DNA of 64,000 nucleotides, taken from NCBI GenBank assembly GCA_963708135.1, contig OY970192.1:2816001-2880000 (forward strand), in the 5' to 3' direction. The DNA is from an uncultured Gemmatimonadales bacterium. Lineage in GTDB: Bacteria > Gemmatimonadota > Gemmatimonadetes > Longimicrobiales > RSA9. Under the pieces are notes generated by a model, which made no database searches, had not been told where the DNA came from, and worked only from the letters and a program-made list of their open reading frames with translations. Made by a program: the position numbers and the translations under genes. Below, in pieces: positions 1 through 11,600 of this stretch (the first letter of the stretch is position 1; the number at the start of each line of letters is the position of its first letter).

Positions 1-1948
1 CGTAGCCGGCGGGCACGTCGTTCTGGTTGGCCGTGGCCCAGAACCCCTTGTCGGGGTTGGAGACGTGCGGCAGCTGGAGGATCGGGAGGTAGCCGGCCCA
101 CTCGTAGCGCCCGTCGCCCGGGACGGGGACGAGCCCGCTCCAGTTCGGGCGAACAGGCGCCACGCCCACGGGCTGCCAGCCGATGGTGCCATCCACCCCC
201 GCCCAGACCATGTTCTCGCCGGGGATGCGGCTGTAGCTGCACGCCGCGCGGAACTCCTCCCAGCTCTTCGCCTGGTCCATGCGCAGCGAAGCCAGGTACG
301 GCGCCGCGCCAATGTCGCGCCACGCCGCGCGCAGGGCGTACGCCCTGTGGTGCGACGTGTCCTCGTAGAGCACGGGGCCGTGGCGCGTGTACATCAGCGC
401 CACCACCACCGGCGCCCGGCCCTTCACCGGGATGGTGTCCCGGATCACCTTCATCCGCTCCCAGGCGCCGCGGTAGCGGTACTGCTCGGGGTCGGCCGGG
501 TTGGTCTCGTAGACGTAGAGGTCCTCACCATCGAGGTCGAAGACCGTGAGCCCCCAGGCGCCGTAGCGGTTGTGGCCGATCGAGACGCCCGGCAGCACGG
601 GCTCGCCGCCGCCGATGACGTCCCAGCCGGGCGCGACCAGGTGCACCCAGTAGCGCAGCGAGGGCGCCTGCTGCACGCGGTGCGGATCATTGGCCATGAA
701 GGGCCTGCCCGTGGCCGTGAGCCTGCCGGCGACCACCCAGTTGTTGCTGCCGATCGCCTCGCCCGCGGCGACGAGCGCGGGCTCCGAGGGGGCCGCCCCG
801 GGGTCCTCCAGGCCCCCGTCGGGCAGGACGCGGGAGGCGCCCGGCGCGGCGTGGGCGCCGGCCGGCGGGATCCGCCCCGTCGCCTGCGGCGCGCCAATGG
901 GCGCGGGGGCGGTGGCGAGGGCCCGGGCATCGGTGTTCAGGCGCTCGAGCCCGCCGGCCCGGGCGGCGGCGCGGTAGGCCGGCGCGACATCCTCGGGGCG
1001 GAAGTCGACCGGGCGGCGGAAGGCCTCGTAGAGGCGGAGGATGTCGGCGGAAAGGAGCGAGCCATCGATGGCGGAGTCGAGCGCGAGCTTCGGGTGGCCG
1101 TTCTGGAACCAGTTGATCTCGCGTGTCTTCTCCGGCCCGAGCGCGGCCACCTCGCGGCCGATGCGGAGCTCCTCGCCGATGTTGCCGAGCAGGCCCTGGT
1201 GCCGGGAGATCACGACGGCCGGCGTCCAGTGGCGGGGCCGGATGCCGAGCATGCGGAACTCCAGCGGCAGAGTCTCGGGGTGGGCATTCGCCTCATCGAT
1301 GTAGGCGTTCACGCCCCGCACGTACGCGTCCACGATCTTCTGGCCGCGCGGGTGGTACCAGGCGAGCTCCCGGTGCAGGTCGCCGCGGAACTCGTGCAGG
1401 CGCGCGCCGATGTCGCGCTCCAGCGCGCGGGGGCCGAGGACCTCGGCGAGCGTTCCCGTGGCCTGGCGGCGCCAGAGCTCGAACTGGAAGAGCCGGTCGC
1501 GCGCCGCGCTCCAGCCCTGCGCGAAGAAGAGGTCGGGCTCCGAGCGCGCGTAGATGTGGGAGATGCCCCAGCGGTCCTTCCGGATCTCGACCGGCTGCGC
1601 GAGGCCGGGGACGCGCAGCGTGTCGGCGCCCGGCGCGACCGCCGGCTCGCCGGAGTCGGGCGGGAAGCTCCCGTCCGGGCCGGCCCCGGGGTCGATCACG
1701 ATGCCGGCGTCCGGCCCACCCGCCGGCAACACCAAGCGCCGCACGCTCTCCGGCCCCGTGTCTCCGCCTCCGGCGACGATCGGCGCGCCGTGCGCCGGCC
1801 CCGCGCGAGGCACCCGCGCGGCCCCGGTCCGCCGCTGCCCTCCACCACTCGCGCAGGCGGCGAACGAGAGCGAGACGAGCAGCCGGAACGCGGCGCCGCG
1901 CGGCCGCGCCGCCGGCGCGAAGGCAATGCCCGTGCTGCGATGGATCAC
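1..1948 (-). CDS. Penicillin acylase family protein (Ntn-hydrolase); 3' end runs off the window
   Basis: Not in the ORF track; translated by hand. Contains GSNNWVV (catalytic Ser codon 746-748) and NPDKGFWATAN near the window edge. Signal-like N-terminus. GTG start at 1948 is tentative. Confidence 0.85.
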   Translation of the reverse strand, partial: MIHRSTGIAFAPAARPRGAAFRLLVSLSFAACASGGGQRRTGAARVPRAGPAHGAPIVAGGGDTGPESVRRLVLPAGGPDAGIVIDPGAGPDGSFPPDSGEPAVAPGADTLRVPGLAQPVEIRKDRWGISHIYARSEPDLFFAQGWSAARDRLFQFELWRRQATGTLAEVLGPRALERDIGARLHEFRGDLHRELAWYHPRGQKIVDAYVRGVNAYIDEANAHPETLPLEFRMLGIRPRHWTPAVVISRHQGLLGNIGEELRIGREVAALGPEKTREINWFQNGHPKLALDSAIDGSLLSADILRLYEAFRRPVDFRPEDVAPAYRAAARAGGLERLNTDARALATAPAPIGAPQATGRIPPAGAHAAPGASRVLPDGGLEDPGAAPSEPALVAAGEAIGSNNWVVAGRLTATGRPFMANDPHRVQQAPSLRYWVHLVAPGWDVIGGGEPVLPGVSIGHNRYGAWGLTVFDLDGEDLYVYETNPADPEQYRYRGAWERMKVIRDTIPVKGRAPVVVALMYTRHGPVLYEDTSHHRAYALRAAWRDIGAAPYLASLRMDQAKSWEEFRAACSYSRIPGENMVWAGVDGTIGWQPVGVAPVRPNWSGLVPVPGDGRYEWAGYLPILQLPHVSNPDKGFWATANQNDVPAGY

Positions 1949-1970
1949 CGGGATCCTCTGCCCGGATCGT

Positions 1971-3401
1971 TCAGGCCGGCACGGCCGGCCGGATGTTCTG
2001 GTTGGAGCGGAAGACGTTGGCGGGGTCGAAGCGCGTCTTCAGCTCGGCCAGGCGATCGTAGTTCACGCCGTACGCGGCGCGCACGCGCTCGGCCTCCTCC
2101 TGCGTCATGAAGTTGACATATGCGCCGCCGGTCGAGAACGGCGCGACGGCCTGGAAGAGCTCGCGCGCCCAACCGATGCAGGCCTCGTCCCGGGCCGGGT
2201 CGGCCCAGCGCCCGTGCACGTTCATGACGAGCTCCGCGTCGCGGTGCGCGTACGCCGTGGCCTGCGCCTCCACCCGGCCGACCGCCCCGCCGAGCACCGC
2301 CATCGCGATCTCGGTCTGCGGATCCGGGATGTGGCGGGCTGCCTCCACGAGCGTCTCGATCAGGCCGTCGCTCAGCTCGCGGAAGTCCTGGCTCTTCCAG
2401 TAGTTGCGCTGGCCGGGCGTGAGCAGCGGGTCGAGAATCTGCTGCCAGGCGGCGTAGGGGTGCGGCGCCACCACGTCCGCGATCGGCGAGCCGTAGGTCC
2501 GCAGCGGCTCCAGCGCCAGCTCTCCATCCTCGATCGGACCCGCGTAGCACATGGCCAGCGCGAGGATCTCCCGGCCGTGCCACTCCGGCGCCAGGAAGGG
2601 GAGCGGCGGCGCCTGCCGCATGACGAACCAGCAGGACGCTTCCTCCGGCGCACGCGCCATGAAATCGCGGTGGTAGCGGAGCACGTCCGCCGCCGCATCG
2701 AGCGGGTGGACCACCAGCCCCGAGAGGATCATCGGGCCGACTGGATGCAGGCGCAGCTCGAAGCGCGTCACGATCCCGAAGTTGCCGCCGCCGCCCCGGA
2801 TCGCCCAGAACAGGTCGGCATTTTCCGTCCCGCTGGCCCGCACCAGCTCGCCGTCCGCCGTGACCACGTCCGCCGACAGCAGGTTGTCCACGGTCAGGCC
2901 GTACGCCCGGCTCAGCCAGCCGAAGCCACCGCCCAGCGTCAGGCCACCCAGACCCGTCGTCGAGTTGATCCCGAGCGGCGTCGCCAGCCCGAACACCTGC
3001 GTGTCGTGGTCCACGTCCCCGAGCGTGGCGCCGCCCTCGACGGCCGCCGTCCGCGCCGCGGGATCGACCCGCACGCCGCGCATCCCCGCCAGGCTGATCA
3101 TCAGCCCGCCTTCGCTGACCGCGCTGCCCGCGATGTTGTGACCGCCGCCCCGCACCGACACGAGCAGATCGTGCGCACGCGCGAACCGCACCGCCTGCAC
3201 CACGTCCGCCGCGCCCGCGCAGCGCGCGATCAGCGCCGGCCGGCGGTCGATCATCGCGTTCCACACCGCGCGCGCCTCGTCGTAGCCGGGCGAGTCCGGC
3301 GCGAGCAGGCTCCCGCGCAGGCTCCCGCGCAGCTCTTCCACCACTGCATCCTCCAAAGCTCGCTCACCACCGCCATTCGTGCGGATCCTGATCTCGGCCA
3401 T
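1971..3401 (-). CDS. FAD-linked oxidoreductase (berberine-bridge-enzyme-like)
   Basis: RGGGHN FAD-attachment motif, LFWAIRGGGGNFG and C-terminal YVNF...K.RFDP.NVF. AGGAGG RBS before MAEIRIR. Confidence 0.9.
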   Translation of the reverse strand: MAEIRIRTNGGGERALEDAVVEELRGSLRGSLLAPDSPGYDEARAVWNAMIDRRPALIARCAGAADVVQAVRFARAHDLLVSVRGGGHNIAGSAVSEGGLMISLAGMRGVRVDPAARTAAVEGGATLGDVDHDTQVFGLATPLGINSTTGLGGLTLGGGFGWLSRAYGLTVDNLLSADVVTADGELVRASGTENADLFWAIRGGGGNFGIVTRFELRLHPVGPMILSGLVVHPLDAAADVLRYHRDFMARAPEEASCWFVMRQAPPLPFLAPEWHGREILALAMCYAGPIEDGELALEPLRTYGSPIADVVAPHPYAAWQQILDPLLTPGQRNYWKSQDFRELSDGLIETLVEAARHIPDPQTEIAMAVLGGAVGRVEAQATAYAHRDAELVMNVHGRWADPARDEACIGWARELFQAVAPFSTGGAYVNFMTQEEAERVRAAYGVNYDRLAELKTRFDPANVFRSNQNIRPAVPA

Positions 3402-3860
3402 CTGGCTCCTCCTTTCGTTGATCGACGGGACGTGGCCGGGCACCGCGCGGACGGGTGCCTCCGGCCATGAGGGGATCCGATCGGAGCTGCCGTGAGGAGC
3501 CGGGTCGCCCGGCAGCGGAGGACCCGCGCTGCGGACGTGGGAACCAGCGAGGTCGGAAAGGCGGTGGACCGACGCCGGCCCGACCCGGCCGCCGGCGGCG
3601 CTCGCGCCTGCAATACTGCAGTCCACGAAGGTCCATCGCAAGCGCGCCGGCGCTGCCGGCGCCTTCTCCGCCTCAGCCGGGGTCCAACTCGCGGCCGCGC
3701 GCCACTGTGCGAGCCGCCGTCCGTTCGCGCCCCGTGTCGAGCCGGAACAGGTGGAGCCGCGCCCGCGCCACTGACCCCCACGCCGCCGGGTGCAGGATGG
3801 GGCGAGGCCCCCCGGCGCGGGCGCGCCGGGGGGCCTCGGCCCAGCTGGCCCGCGGACGGG

Positions 3861-4523
3861 CTAGTTGGTGACCGACACCATGGCGCCGCTGTTGCCGCGG
3901 TAGTCGATGACGAGCGTCACGCGGCGGTTGATGAGCCCCTCGTCGCCGGGACCGGCGGCCTTGGGATCGACGAGCCGGTTGTGGGTCTCGCCGTAGCTCA
4001 CGATGCGCACGTGGGTGGCGTCGAGACCGCCGTTGCTGGTGAGGTAGTCCTTGACCGCATCCGCGCGGTTGTGGCCGAGGCGCATGTTGTAGGCGCGGCT
4101 GCCGGCCGGGTCCGTGAAGCCCTCGACGGTGACGACCGCGTCCGGATAGTAGGCCTTGACCACGCCGGCGAAGCGGTCGAGGACCGCCGTGTCCTCGGGG
4201 CGCAGCGCGTACTTGGCGAAGTCGAAGTGGACGGGGACGTCGAAGGCGATGAGGCCCTCGAGCTTGGTCATCTTCGTGTTGAAGGTGTCCCGAAGCGCGT
4301 CCAGGTCCTGGCGCAGCGCGGCGTCGCGCGCGGCGTCCTGCTGCTCGTTCTGGTCGATGCGGCTGCCAAGGCCGTTGTCGGCCTCCTGCATCTCCGAGCG
4401 CAACTGGGCGATCTGGTTGTTGACGTCCTTGCGCTTGGCGTACCCGCAGGCGGACAGCAGCGCAACGAGCGAGAGCGCGCCCAGCCGCAGCGTCGCCCGC
4501 CGGAATTGAGTGGACTTCATCAT
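3861..4523 (-). CDS. OmpA/Pal-family peptidoglycan-binding lipoprotein
   Basis: Lipobox LLSAC, coiled-coil segment, and OmpA domain motifs VEGFTD..G..YN..L...RA and NRRV. Confidence 0.88.
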   Translation of the reverse strand: MMKSTQFRRATLRLGALSLVALLSACGYAKRKDVNNQIAQLRSEMQEADNGLGSRIDQNEQQDAARDAALRQDLDALRDTFNTKMTKLEGLIAFDVPVHFDFAKYALRPEDTAVLDRFAGVVKAYYPDAVVTVEGFTDPAGSRAYNMRLGHNRADAVKDYLTSNGGLDATHVRIVSYGETHNRLVDPKAAGPGDEGLINRRVTLVIDYRGNSGAMVSVTN

Positions 4524-4716
4524 GCTCCCACCTCCCATTGTGGTCACAGCGTTGCGTGGTCTATCAGCGCCGAGACGAGCACGCAAGCAACGTCGCGTCG
4601 CGTCCCGTTTGGGCGAAGCGCAAAAACCCGGCCAATGCCGCATCGGCGGCGCGGAGGCCGAGGCGGGCGGCGACATCCGCGCCCCCGGCGAGAGGGAGCC
4701 GCGCCCGTAATCCAGC

Positions 4717-5961
4717 CTAGTCGGCCGCCATGCGCGCCCCCGCCTCGCCCGCCCCCTCTTCCGGGTCGTGCACCCAGATCCAGACGACGGCGGTGCCGAT
4801 CAGGGACAGCACACCCCCGACGAGGAACGGCAGCTCGAAGAAGACGACGGCGAGAAATCCGGCCAGGAGCGGCCCGAGCGCGATGCCGAGGCCGAATCCC
4901 ATGGTGACGAGCCCGAGCTGGCGCCCCTGCCCCCGCTTGCTGGCCAGATCGGCGGCGAGCGCGAACGCTGGCGCCGCCACGCCCGCGGAGGCGGCACCCT
5001 GGAAGACGCGGATGAGCGCGAGCTGGACGGTATTGGCGGCGAGGCCGAGCAGCGCCGTCGTCGGGGCCATGAGCAGCAGGCCGACGAGCAGCAGCGGGCG
5101 GCGCCCGATGCGGTCGGAGAGGCGGCCGAGCGGGATCTGCAGGAAGAGCCGGCTCACCATGAGCGCGCTGAACGCGATCCCGAAGCCGAGGGCGCTCTCC
5201 TGGAGCCGCCGGTTGAACTCCTTCTCGAGCGGCACCATGAGCGTGAAGGACGCGGCCATGACGAAGGTGGCGAAGGCCAGGCCCAGCATGGCGGGCGTCA
5301 GCAGCTCCCGGCTGAAGAAGCGCTTCCCGCCGGCCGCCTCGGCCTCCTCCTCCTCGAACGGCGGCTCGCGCACCAGCAGCTGCACGAGCGCGAACCCGCC
5401 CGCAATGAGCACCGCCCCCACGATGAAGGCGGTGTCGAACCCGAAGCGGTCGTGCAGCCAGCCACCGAGCATCGGTCCGATCGCGAAGCCGACCAGCCGC
5501 ATCGTCGTGAACACGCCCATCGCGCCGCCGCGCGTCCTCCGCTCCGTGCCGGCCGCCATCAACGCCAGCGACGCCGGCACGGTCAGCGCCACCCCCACCC
5601 CCTGGATCGTGCGGATCACCAGCAGATCCACGTAGCGAACGGCGAGGATGAAGGAGAACGTCGCCGCCGCCATCACGACGAGCCCCACCTGGATGATCAG
5701 CTTCGGCCGCTTCACCGTGTCGATCAGCCGCCCCACCAGCGGCTGCGAGAACGCCACGATCAGCCCGTAGACCGAGATCAGGATCCCGACCAGCACCGGC
5801 TCCGGCAGATGCAGCCACGGGGAGGGCAGCCGCCCCACGTAGAGCGGGATGAGGATGAAGAGGATGCTGTTCCCCATCGAGTCCACCATCCGCGCCGTCG
5901 ACAGCGCGAGCACCACCCGATTGGCGCCGATGCCGCGCAGGAACCGCTTCAGCCAATCCAC
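4717..5961 (-). CDS. MFS transporter
   Basis: About 12 hydrophobic segments and MFS motif A (GRLSDRIGRR). GTG start inferred. Confidence 0.88.
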   Translation of the reverse strand: MDWLKRFLRGIGANRVVLALSTARMVDSMGNSILFILIPLYVGRLPSPWLHLPEPVLVGILISVYGLIVAFSQPLVGRLIDTVKRPKLIIQVGLVVMAAATFSFILAVRYVDLLVIRTIQGVGVALTVPASLALMAAGTERRTRGGAMGVFTTMRLVGFAIGPMLGGWLHDRFGFDTAFIVGAVLIAGGFALVQLLVREPPFEEEEAEAAGGKRFFSRELLTPAMLGLAFATFVMAASFTLMVPLEKEFNRRLQESALGFGIAFSALMVSRLFLQIPLGRLSDRIGRRPLLLVGLLLMAPTTALLGLAANTVQLALIRVFQGAASAGVAAPAFALAADLASKRGQGRQLGLVTMGFGLGIALGPLLAGFLAVVFFELPFLVGGVLSLIGTAVVWIWVHDPEEGAGEAGARMAAD

Positions 5962-6199
5962 CGAACGCTCCCGACCACTGTCCCTCCATCGACCGCAGGC
6001 GACGTCTCCGCGGCCGAGCGTCGCCGGCCGGATGACGGGTTCCCGGATCCCGCAGCATCCCTGCCAGAGAGGCAATCGAAGTTCGGGACTGGGGTTCGGG
6101 CCTCGCGGTCGTGCTTGCGCCGGGCGGGTGAGGGCGGGCATTGTATACAGACCGCGCGCGATCGGCGCGGGACACCCGACCGAACACGAAGGAGCCAGC

Positions 6200-8377
6200 A
6201 TGCCGGACGCTTCCGACTCCCGGCCCGCGCGGCGCGCCGGGCGCTTCCCCGGCCTGCCTCCGGCGGGCCACGCCGGTGCGGTCCTGCTCGCGGCGGCCGT
6301 CCTGCTCGGGCCGCGGGCCGCCGCGGCACAGCAGCGCTTCACGCTGGTGCAGATCCTTTCGGACCCGATGCCGACGGAGCTCGTCGCCTCGCCGGACGGC
6401 CGGGCGGTGGCGTGGGTGCAGGACGCGGAGGGGCGGCGGAACGTGTGGGTGGCTGCGGCGCCGGACTTCCAGGGGCGGCAGGTCACGCGCTACGACCGGG
6501 ACGACGGCCAGGAGATCGATGGGCTGGGCTTCACGCCGGACGGCGCCCGGCTCGTCTACGTTCGGGGCGGTGCGCCGAACGGGGCGGGCGAGATCCCGAA
6601 CCCGACGAGCGACGTGGACGGCGCCGGGCGCGCGATCTGGGTCGTCGCCGTGGCGGGCGGGGAGCCGAGGAAGCTCGACGACGGTGCGGCGCCGGCGGTG
6701 AGCCCGAAGGGGGACCTGGTCGCCTACGTGAAGCACGGCCAGCTCTGGAGCGCCTCGCTGGGGGAGAAGCCGGAGCCGAAGCAGCTGGCGCACACGCGCG
6801 GCGGCGCGAGCTCGCTCGTCTGGTCGCCGGACGGCAGCCGGCTGGCGTTCACGAGCCACCGGAAGGCGCACTCCTTCATCGGCATCCGGGCGAGCGGGGC
6901 TGGCACGATCACCTACATGGCGCCGACGGTGGACGCGAGCATGCAGCCGGCGTGGTCGCCGGACGGGAGCCGGATCGCGTGGCTGTCGATCCCGAGCACG
7001 CACCGCGAGATCCCCTTTATCCCGTACCGCGTGGACCTGCCGTGGTCGATCCGCGTCGGCGATCCGGCCACGGGCGAGGCGCGCACGATCTGGACGGCGG
7101 ATGCGGGGATGGGCAGTGTGTTCCACGGCTACGCGGGCGAGGCGCAGCTCATGTGGGGCGCGGGCGAGAGGCTGGTCTTCCCGTGGGAGAAGGACGGCTG
7201 GCTGCACCTGTGGTCGGTGCCGGCGGCGGGCGGTGACGCGACGCTGCTCACGCCCGGCGAGTTCGAGGTGCAGTACGTCGCCATGGGCGCGGGCGGCCGC
7301 GAGGTGCTCTTCGACTCGAACCAGGGCGACGTGGACCGCCGCCACCTCTGGCGCGTCTCCGTCTCCGGCGGCCCGCCGCGGGAGATCACGCCCGGCACCG
7401 GCATCGAGTGGGCGCCGGTGGCGGTGCTGGATGGCAAGGGGCTGGCCTTCCTGGCGTCGGACGCCACGCACCCGGCGCACGCGGTGGTGAAGCTCGGGGC
7501 GGACGAGCCGCGCTGGATGGCCGCCGCATCGCTGCCGAAGGACTTCCCCGCCCCGTCCGCGCTCGTCACGCCGCAGCAGGTCATCTTCAGCGCGGCGGAC
7601 GGGATGCGCATCCACGGGCAGCTCTTCCTGCCCAAGGACGCGGCGCGGGGCGGGAAGCACGCGGCGGTGCTCTTCTTCCACGGCGGCTCGCGCCGGCAGA
7701 TGCTGCTCGGGTTCCACCACATGCGCTACTACCACAACGCCTACGCCATGAACCAGTACCTGGCGAGCCGCGGCTACGTGGTGCTGTCGGTGAACTACCG
7801 GACGGGCATCGGCTACGGCGAGCGGTTCCGCGAGGCGGAGAACTCGGGCGCCGACGGCGCGAGCGAGTTCAACGATGTCATGGGCGCCGGTGTCTACCTG
7901 CGCTCCCGGCCGGACGTGGATCCGGAGCGGATCGGCGTCTGGGGCGGCAGCTACGGCGGCTACCTCACGGCGATGGCCCTCGCGCGCGCGTCGGACCTCT
8001 TCAAGGCCGGCGTGGACCTGCACGGCGTGCACGACTGGAACCCCGTGATCAGGAACTTCATGCCGTCCTACGACTCGACCATCACGCCCGCGATCGCGAA
8101 CCGCGCCTACGCCTCCTCGCCCGCCGCCGACGTGGCGAGCTGGCGCTCACCGGTGCTGCTCATCCAGGGCGACGACGACCGCAACGTCCCGTTCACCGAG
8201 TCCATCGACATCGCCGAGCCGCTACGCCGCGAGGGCGTGCACGTCGAGCAGCTCATCTTCCCCGACGAGGTCCACGACTTCCTGCTGCACCGGAATTTCC
8301 TGGCCGCCTACCGCGCCGCGGCGGACTTCTTCGACCGGATGCTGAAACGAGGCGAGAGTCGAGCGGCGGGACGCTGA
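6200..8377 (+). CDS. S9 family peptidase (prolyl oligopeptidase/DPP-IV-like) with beta-propeller
   Basis: Signal peptide, WSPDG repeats, GGSYGG nucleophile, DDRNV Asp and DEVH His. AAGGAG RBS. Confidence 0.92.
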   Translation: MPDASDSRPARRAGRFPGLPPAGHAGAVLLAAAVLLGPRAAAAQQRFTLVQILSDPMPTELVASPDGRAVAWVQDAEGRRNVWVAAAPDFQGRQVTRYDRDDGQEIDGLGFTPDGARLVYVRGGAPNGAGEIPNPTSDVDGAGRAIWVVAVAGGEPRKLDDGAAPAVSPKGDLVAYVKHGQLWSASLGEKPEPKQLAHTRGGASSLVWSPDGSRLAFTSHRKAHSFIGIRASGAGTITYMAPTVDASMQPAWSPDGSRIAWLSIPSTHREIPFIPYRVDLPWSIRVGDPATGEARTIWTADAGMGSVFHGYAGEAQLMWGAGERLVFPWEKDGWLHLWSVPAAGGDATLLTPGEFEVQYVAMGAGGREVLFDSNQGDVDRRHLWRVSVSGGPPREITPGTGIEWAPVAVLDGKGLAFLASDATHPAHAVVKLGADEPRWMAAASLPKDFPAPSALVTPQQVIFSAADGMRIHGQLFLPKDAARGGKHAAVLFFHGGSRRQMLLGFHHMRYYHNAYAMNQYLASRGYVVLSVNYRTGIGYGERFREAENSGADGASEFNDVMGAGVYLRSRPDVDPERIGVWGGSYGGYLTAMALARASDLFKAGVDLHGVHDWNPVIRNFMPSYDSTITPAIANRAYASSPAADVASWRSPVLLIQGDDDRNVPFTESIDIAEPLRREGVHVEQLIFPDEVHDFLLHRNFLAAYRAAADFFDRMLKRGESRAAGR

Positions 8378-8627
8378 CGGCGAGACGGCGCGCCGGGTCT
8401 CCGGGCGCTTGTGCTGCGCTGCGCGTCCCATCTCCGGCGGCCGAGGCGCTCGATCCGGGCCGCCGCGCACGTAGCCGGGCGGCACACCGAGGACCGGGGA
8501 ATACATGGAGCGGAGTTTCGGCGCGAGCGGTCCTCCAGGCGAGAGGCCGCCGTGCCGGCCGATCGGCGGGGTGGATGCTGGCGCGCGCCGCCCCCATGCA
8601 GAGATCCGCGAGCCTAGAGGAGCCGCC

Positions 8628-11600
8628 ATGTCGATGCGACGCCCAGCCGTCCTCCTCCTCGCCGCCGCCATCGCGCCGGCGCTCTGCGTGCCCGCGCCGG
8701 GACGGGCGCAGCAGAGCGGCGCGAGACGTCTCGACTACGGGAGCCTCCAGGCGCCCGCGGCCCTCGACTCCGCGCTGCTGGCCGGCCTCTCGTGGCGCGG
8801 CATCGGGCCGAACCGGGGCGGCCGCTCGCTGGCGGTGGCGGGCAGCGCGCAACGCCCGGACGAGTACTACTTCGGCGCCACGGGTGGAGGCCTGTGGAAG
8901 ACGACCGACGGCGGGACCACGTGGAAGCCGATGACGGACGGGCAGGTCACGAGCAGCTCGGTCGGCGCGGTGGCGGTCGCGCCGTCCGATCCGGATGGGG
9001 TCTACATCGGCATGGGCGAGGCGGCCCTGCGGGGCAGCATCACGCAGGGCGACGGCATCTACCGGACCAGGGACGGCGGCAAGACCTGGGTGCACCTCGG
9101 GCTGGAGGGCACGCAGACGATCGCCCGCATCCGCGTGAGCCCCGCGGATCCCGACCTGGTCTACGTGGCCGCCCTGGGGCACCCGTACGGGCCGAACCCG
9201 GAGCGGGGGGTGTTCCGCTCGCGGGACGGAGGCGGGACGTGGCAGAAGGTGCTCTTCGTCTCCGACAGCGCGGGCGCGGTGGACCTGGCGATGGCGCCCG
9301 GCGACCCGAAGACGCTGTATGCGTCCATCTGGCAGGTGTACCGCACGCCCTGGAAGCTGTGGGACGGTGGCCCCCACTCGGGGCTGTGGAAGACTACCGA
9401 TGGAGGTGACCACTGGACGGAGCTAACCGGCCGCCCTGGCCTGCCCGCGGGGCCGATCGGCCGGATCGGGGTGACGGTCTCCGGCGGGGATCCGAGCCGG
9501 GTGTGGGCGATCGTGGAGGCGCCCGCGGGAGGCCTCTTCCGCTCCGACGACGCCGGGGCAACCTGGACGATGGTGAACGCCGAGCGGAAGATCCGGCAGC
9601 GCGCCTTCTACTTCAGCGACATCTACGGCGATCCTGTCGATCGGAACACCGTCTACGCGGGCAACGTCAGCTTCTTCCGCAGCCGCGACGGCGGCGTGAC
9701 CTTCAAGCGCGTCGACACTCCCCACGGCGACTACCATGCGCTGTGGATCGCGCCGAACGACCCGGAGCGCATGATCAACGGCAGCGACGGCGGAGGGGCG
9801 ATCACCGTGAACGGCGGCAAGTCGTGGACCGGCCTGGCTATCCCCACCGCGCAGTTCTACCACGTCTCGACCACGAGTGACTTCCCCTACCATGTGTGCG
9901 GCTCGCAGCAGGACAACTCCACGGCGTGCGTGCCCAGCGACGACTGGGAGAACCTGCATGAGCCGGGGACGGGAGCGGGCAGTTGGATGTACGCCGTGGC
10001 GGGAGGCGAGAGCGGGTATGTGACCCCCAGCCTGAAGCACCCGGGCGTCTTCTACGCGGGCACGCAGGGCGCGATCATGACGCGCTACGACCGCTCGAGC
10101 GGCCAGGTGCGCGACATCCAGCCCGACCCGCGCTTCTTCTCGGGCGAGCCGGCCAGCGCGCTGCGCGAGCGCTGGCAGTGGACCTTCCCGATCGTGATCG
10201 ATCCGATCGACTCGACCAGCCTCTACATCGCCTCGCAGCACGTCTGGCGCACGCGCGACGAGGGGCAGAGCTGGCAGAAGGTCAGCCCCGATCTCACCTA
10301 CGCCGAGCCGCAGACCCTGGGTCCGACCGGCGGGCCCATCACGATGGACATGAACGGCCCGGAGATCTACGCCACGGTGTTCGCGATCGCGCCCTCGTAC
10401 ATCGAGGAGGGGACGATCTGGGCGGGGTCCGACGACGGCCGCGTGCACATCACCCGCGACGGCGGCGCCCACTGGAGCGAGACCACGCCGCCGGACATGG
10501 AGAAGTTCACGCGCGTGAGCATCATCGATGCCTCGCGGCACGATGCCGGGACCGCATATTTGGCGGCCAACCGCTACCAGATGGACGACCGCGGCTCCTA
10601 CCTGTGGAAGACCCACGACTACGGGAAGAGCTGGACCCGCATCGGCCAGGGGATCCGCGGGCCGACCCGCGTCATCCGCGAGGATCCGGTCCGGCCCGGC
10701 CTGCTGTACGTGGGCACCGAGCACGGCGTCTGGATCTCGCCCGACGACGGCGCCCACTGGCAGCCGCTGCGGCCGGCCCGGGCGGACACTGCGGCGGGCG
10801 GGCTGCCGGACACGCCGGTCCGCGACCTCGTCGTGCAGGGGCGCGACCTCGTCCTCGGCACCCACGGGCGCGGCTTCTACGTCATGGACGACATCGGCCC
10901 GCTGCGCCAGACCGGCGCATCCGTCGCGGCGGAGGCCGTCCACCTCTACCGGCCCGCCGACGCCGTGCGTCGCACGCTGGGGAGCGGAAGCGGTGCGGGG
11001 TCGGCCGTCCTCCAGTACCGGCTCGCCGCGCCGGCCGACTCCGTTACGATCCAGATCCTGGACGGCGCCGGGAAGGTCGTCCGCACCTTCGCCGGCCCCA
11101 CGCCCGAGGCAAAGCCCGACTCGACCGCTGAAAGCGACGAGGCGCGCCGGCCGCCCGCGCCCACCGCGAAGGCCGGCCTCAACCGCTTCGCCTGGGACCT
11201 GCGCTACGCGCCGGCCACGAAATTCCCGGGAATGGTGATCTGGAACGGCACGACGCAGGGCCCGCTGGCGCCACCGGGCCCCTTCGAGGCGCGTCTGAGC
11301 GTTGACGGCCACAGCCAGACGCAGCCCTTCCGCGTGCTCGTGGATCCCCGCCTCGAGGGCGTGACGGCGGCCGACCTGCAGGCCGAGTTCGCGCTGGCCT
11401 CGCAGATCCGGGATGCCACGGACCTCGCGCACCGGGCCGTAATCCAGATCCGCTCGCTCCGCCGCCAGTTGCTCGAGCGCCTGGCGAAGGTGACCGGAAG
11501 TGACTCGCTGCTGGCCGCGGATACCACGGCGGGCCAGGGCGGAGCGGGCGAGTCCTGGGTCACGCGGGAGGAAGCGGACGCGGCCATCCAGGCCGCGCGC

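Noticed and set aside
65..2110. Long plus-strand ORF of 681 aa, and similar long ORFs such as 4544-8032, 27997-31587 and 34477-38130
   Set aside because: These are antisense or alternate-frame shadows of recognisable genes, expected at high GC, with Arg/Ala/Pro-rich nonsense composition.
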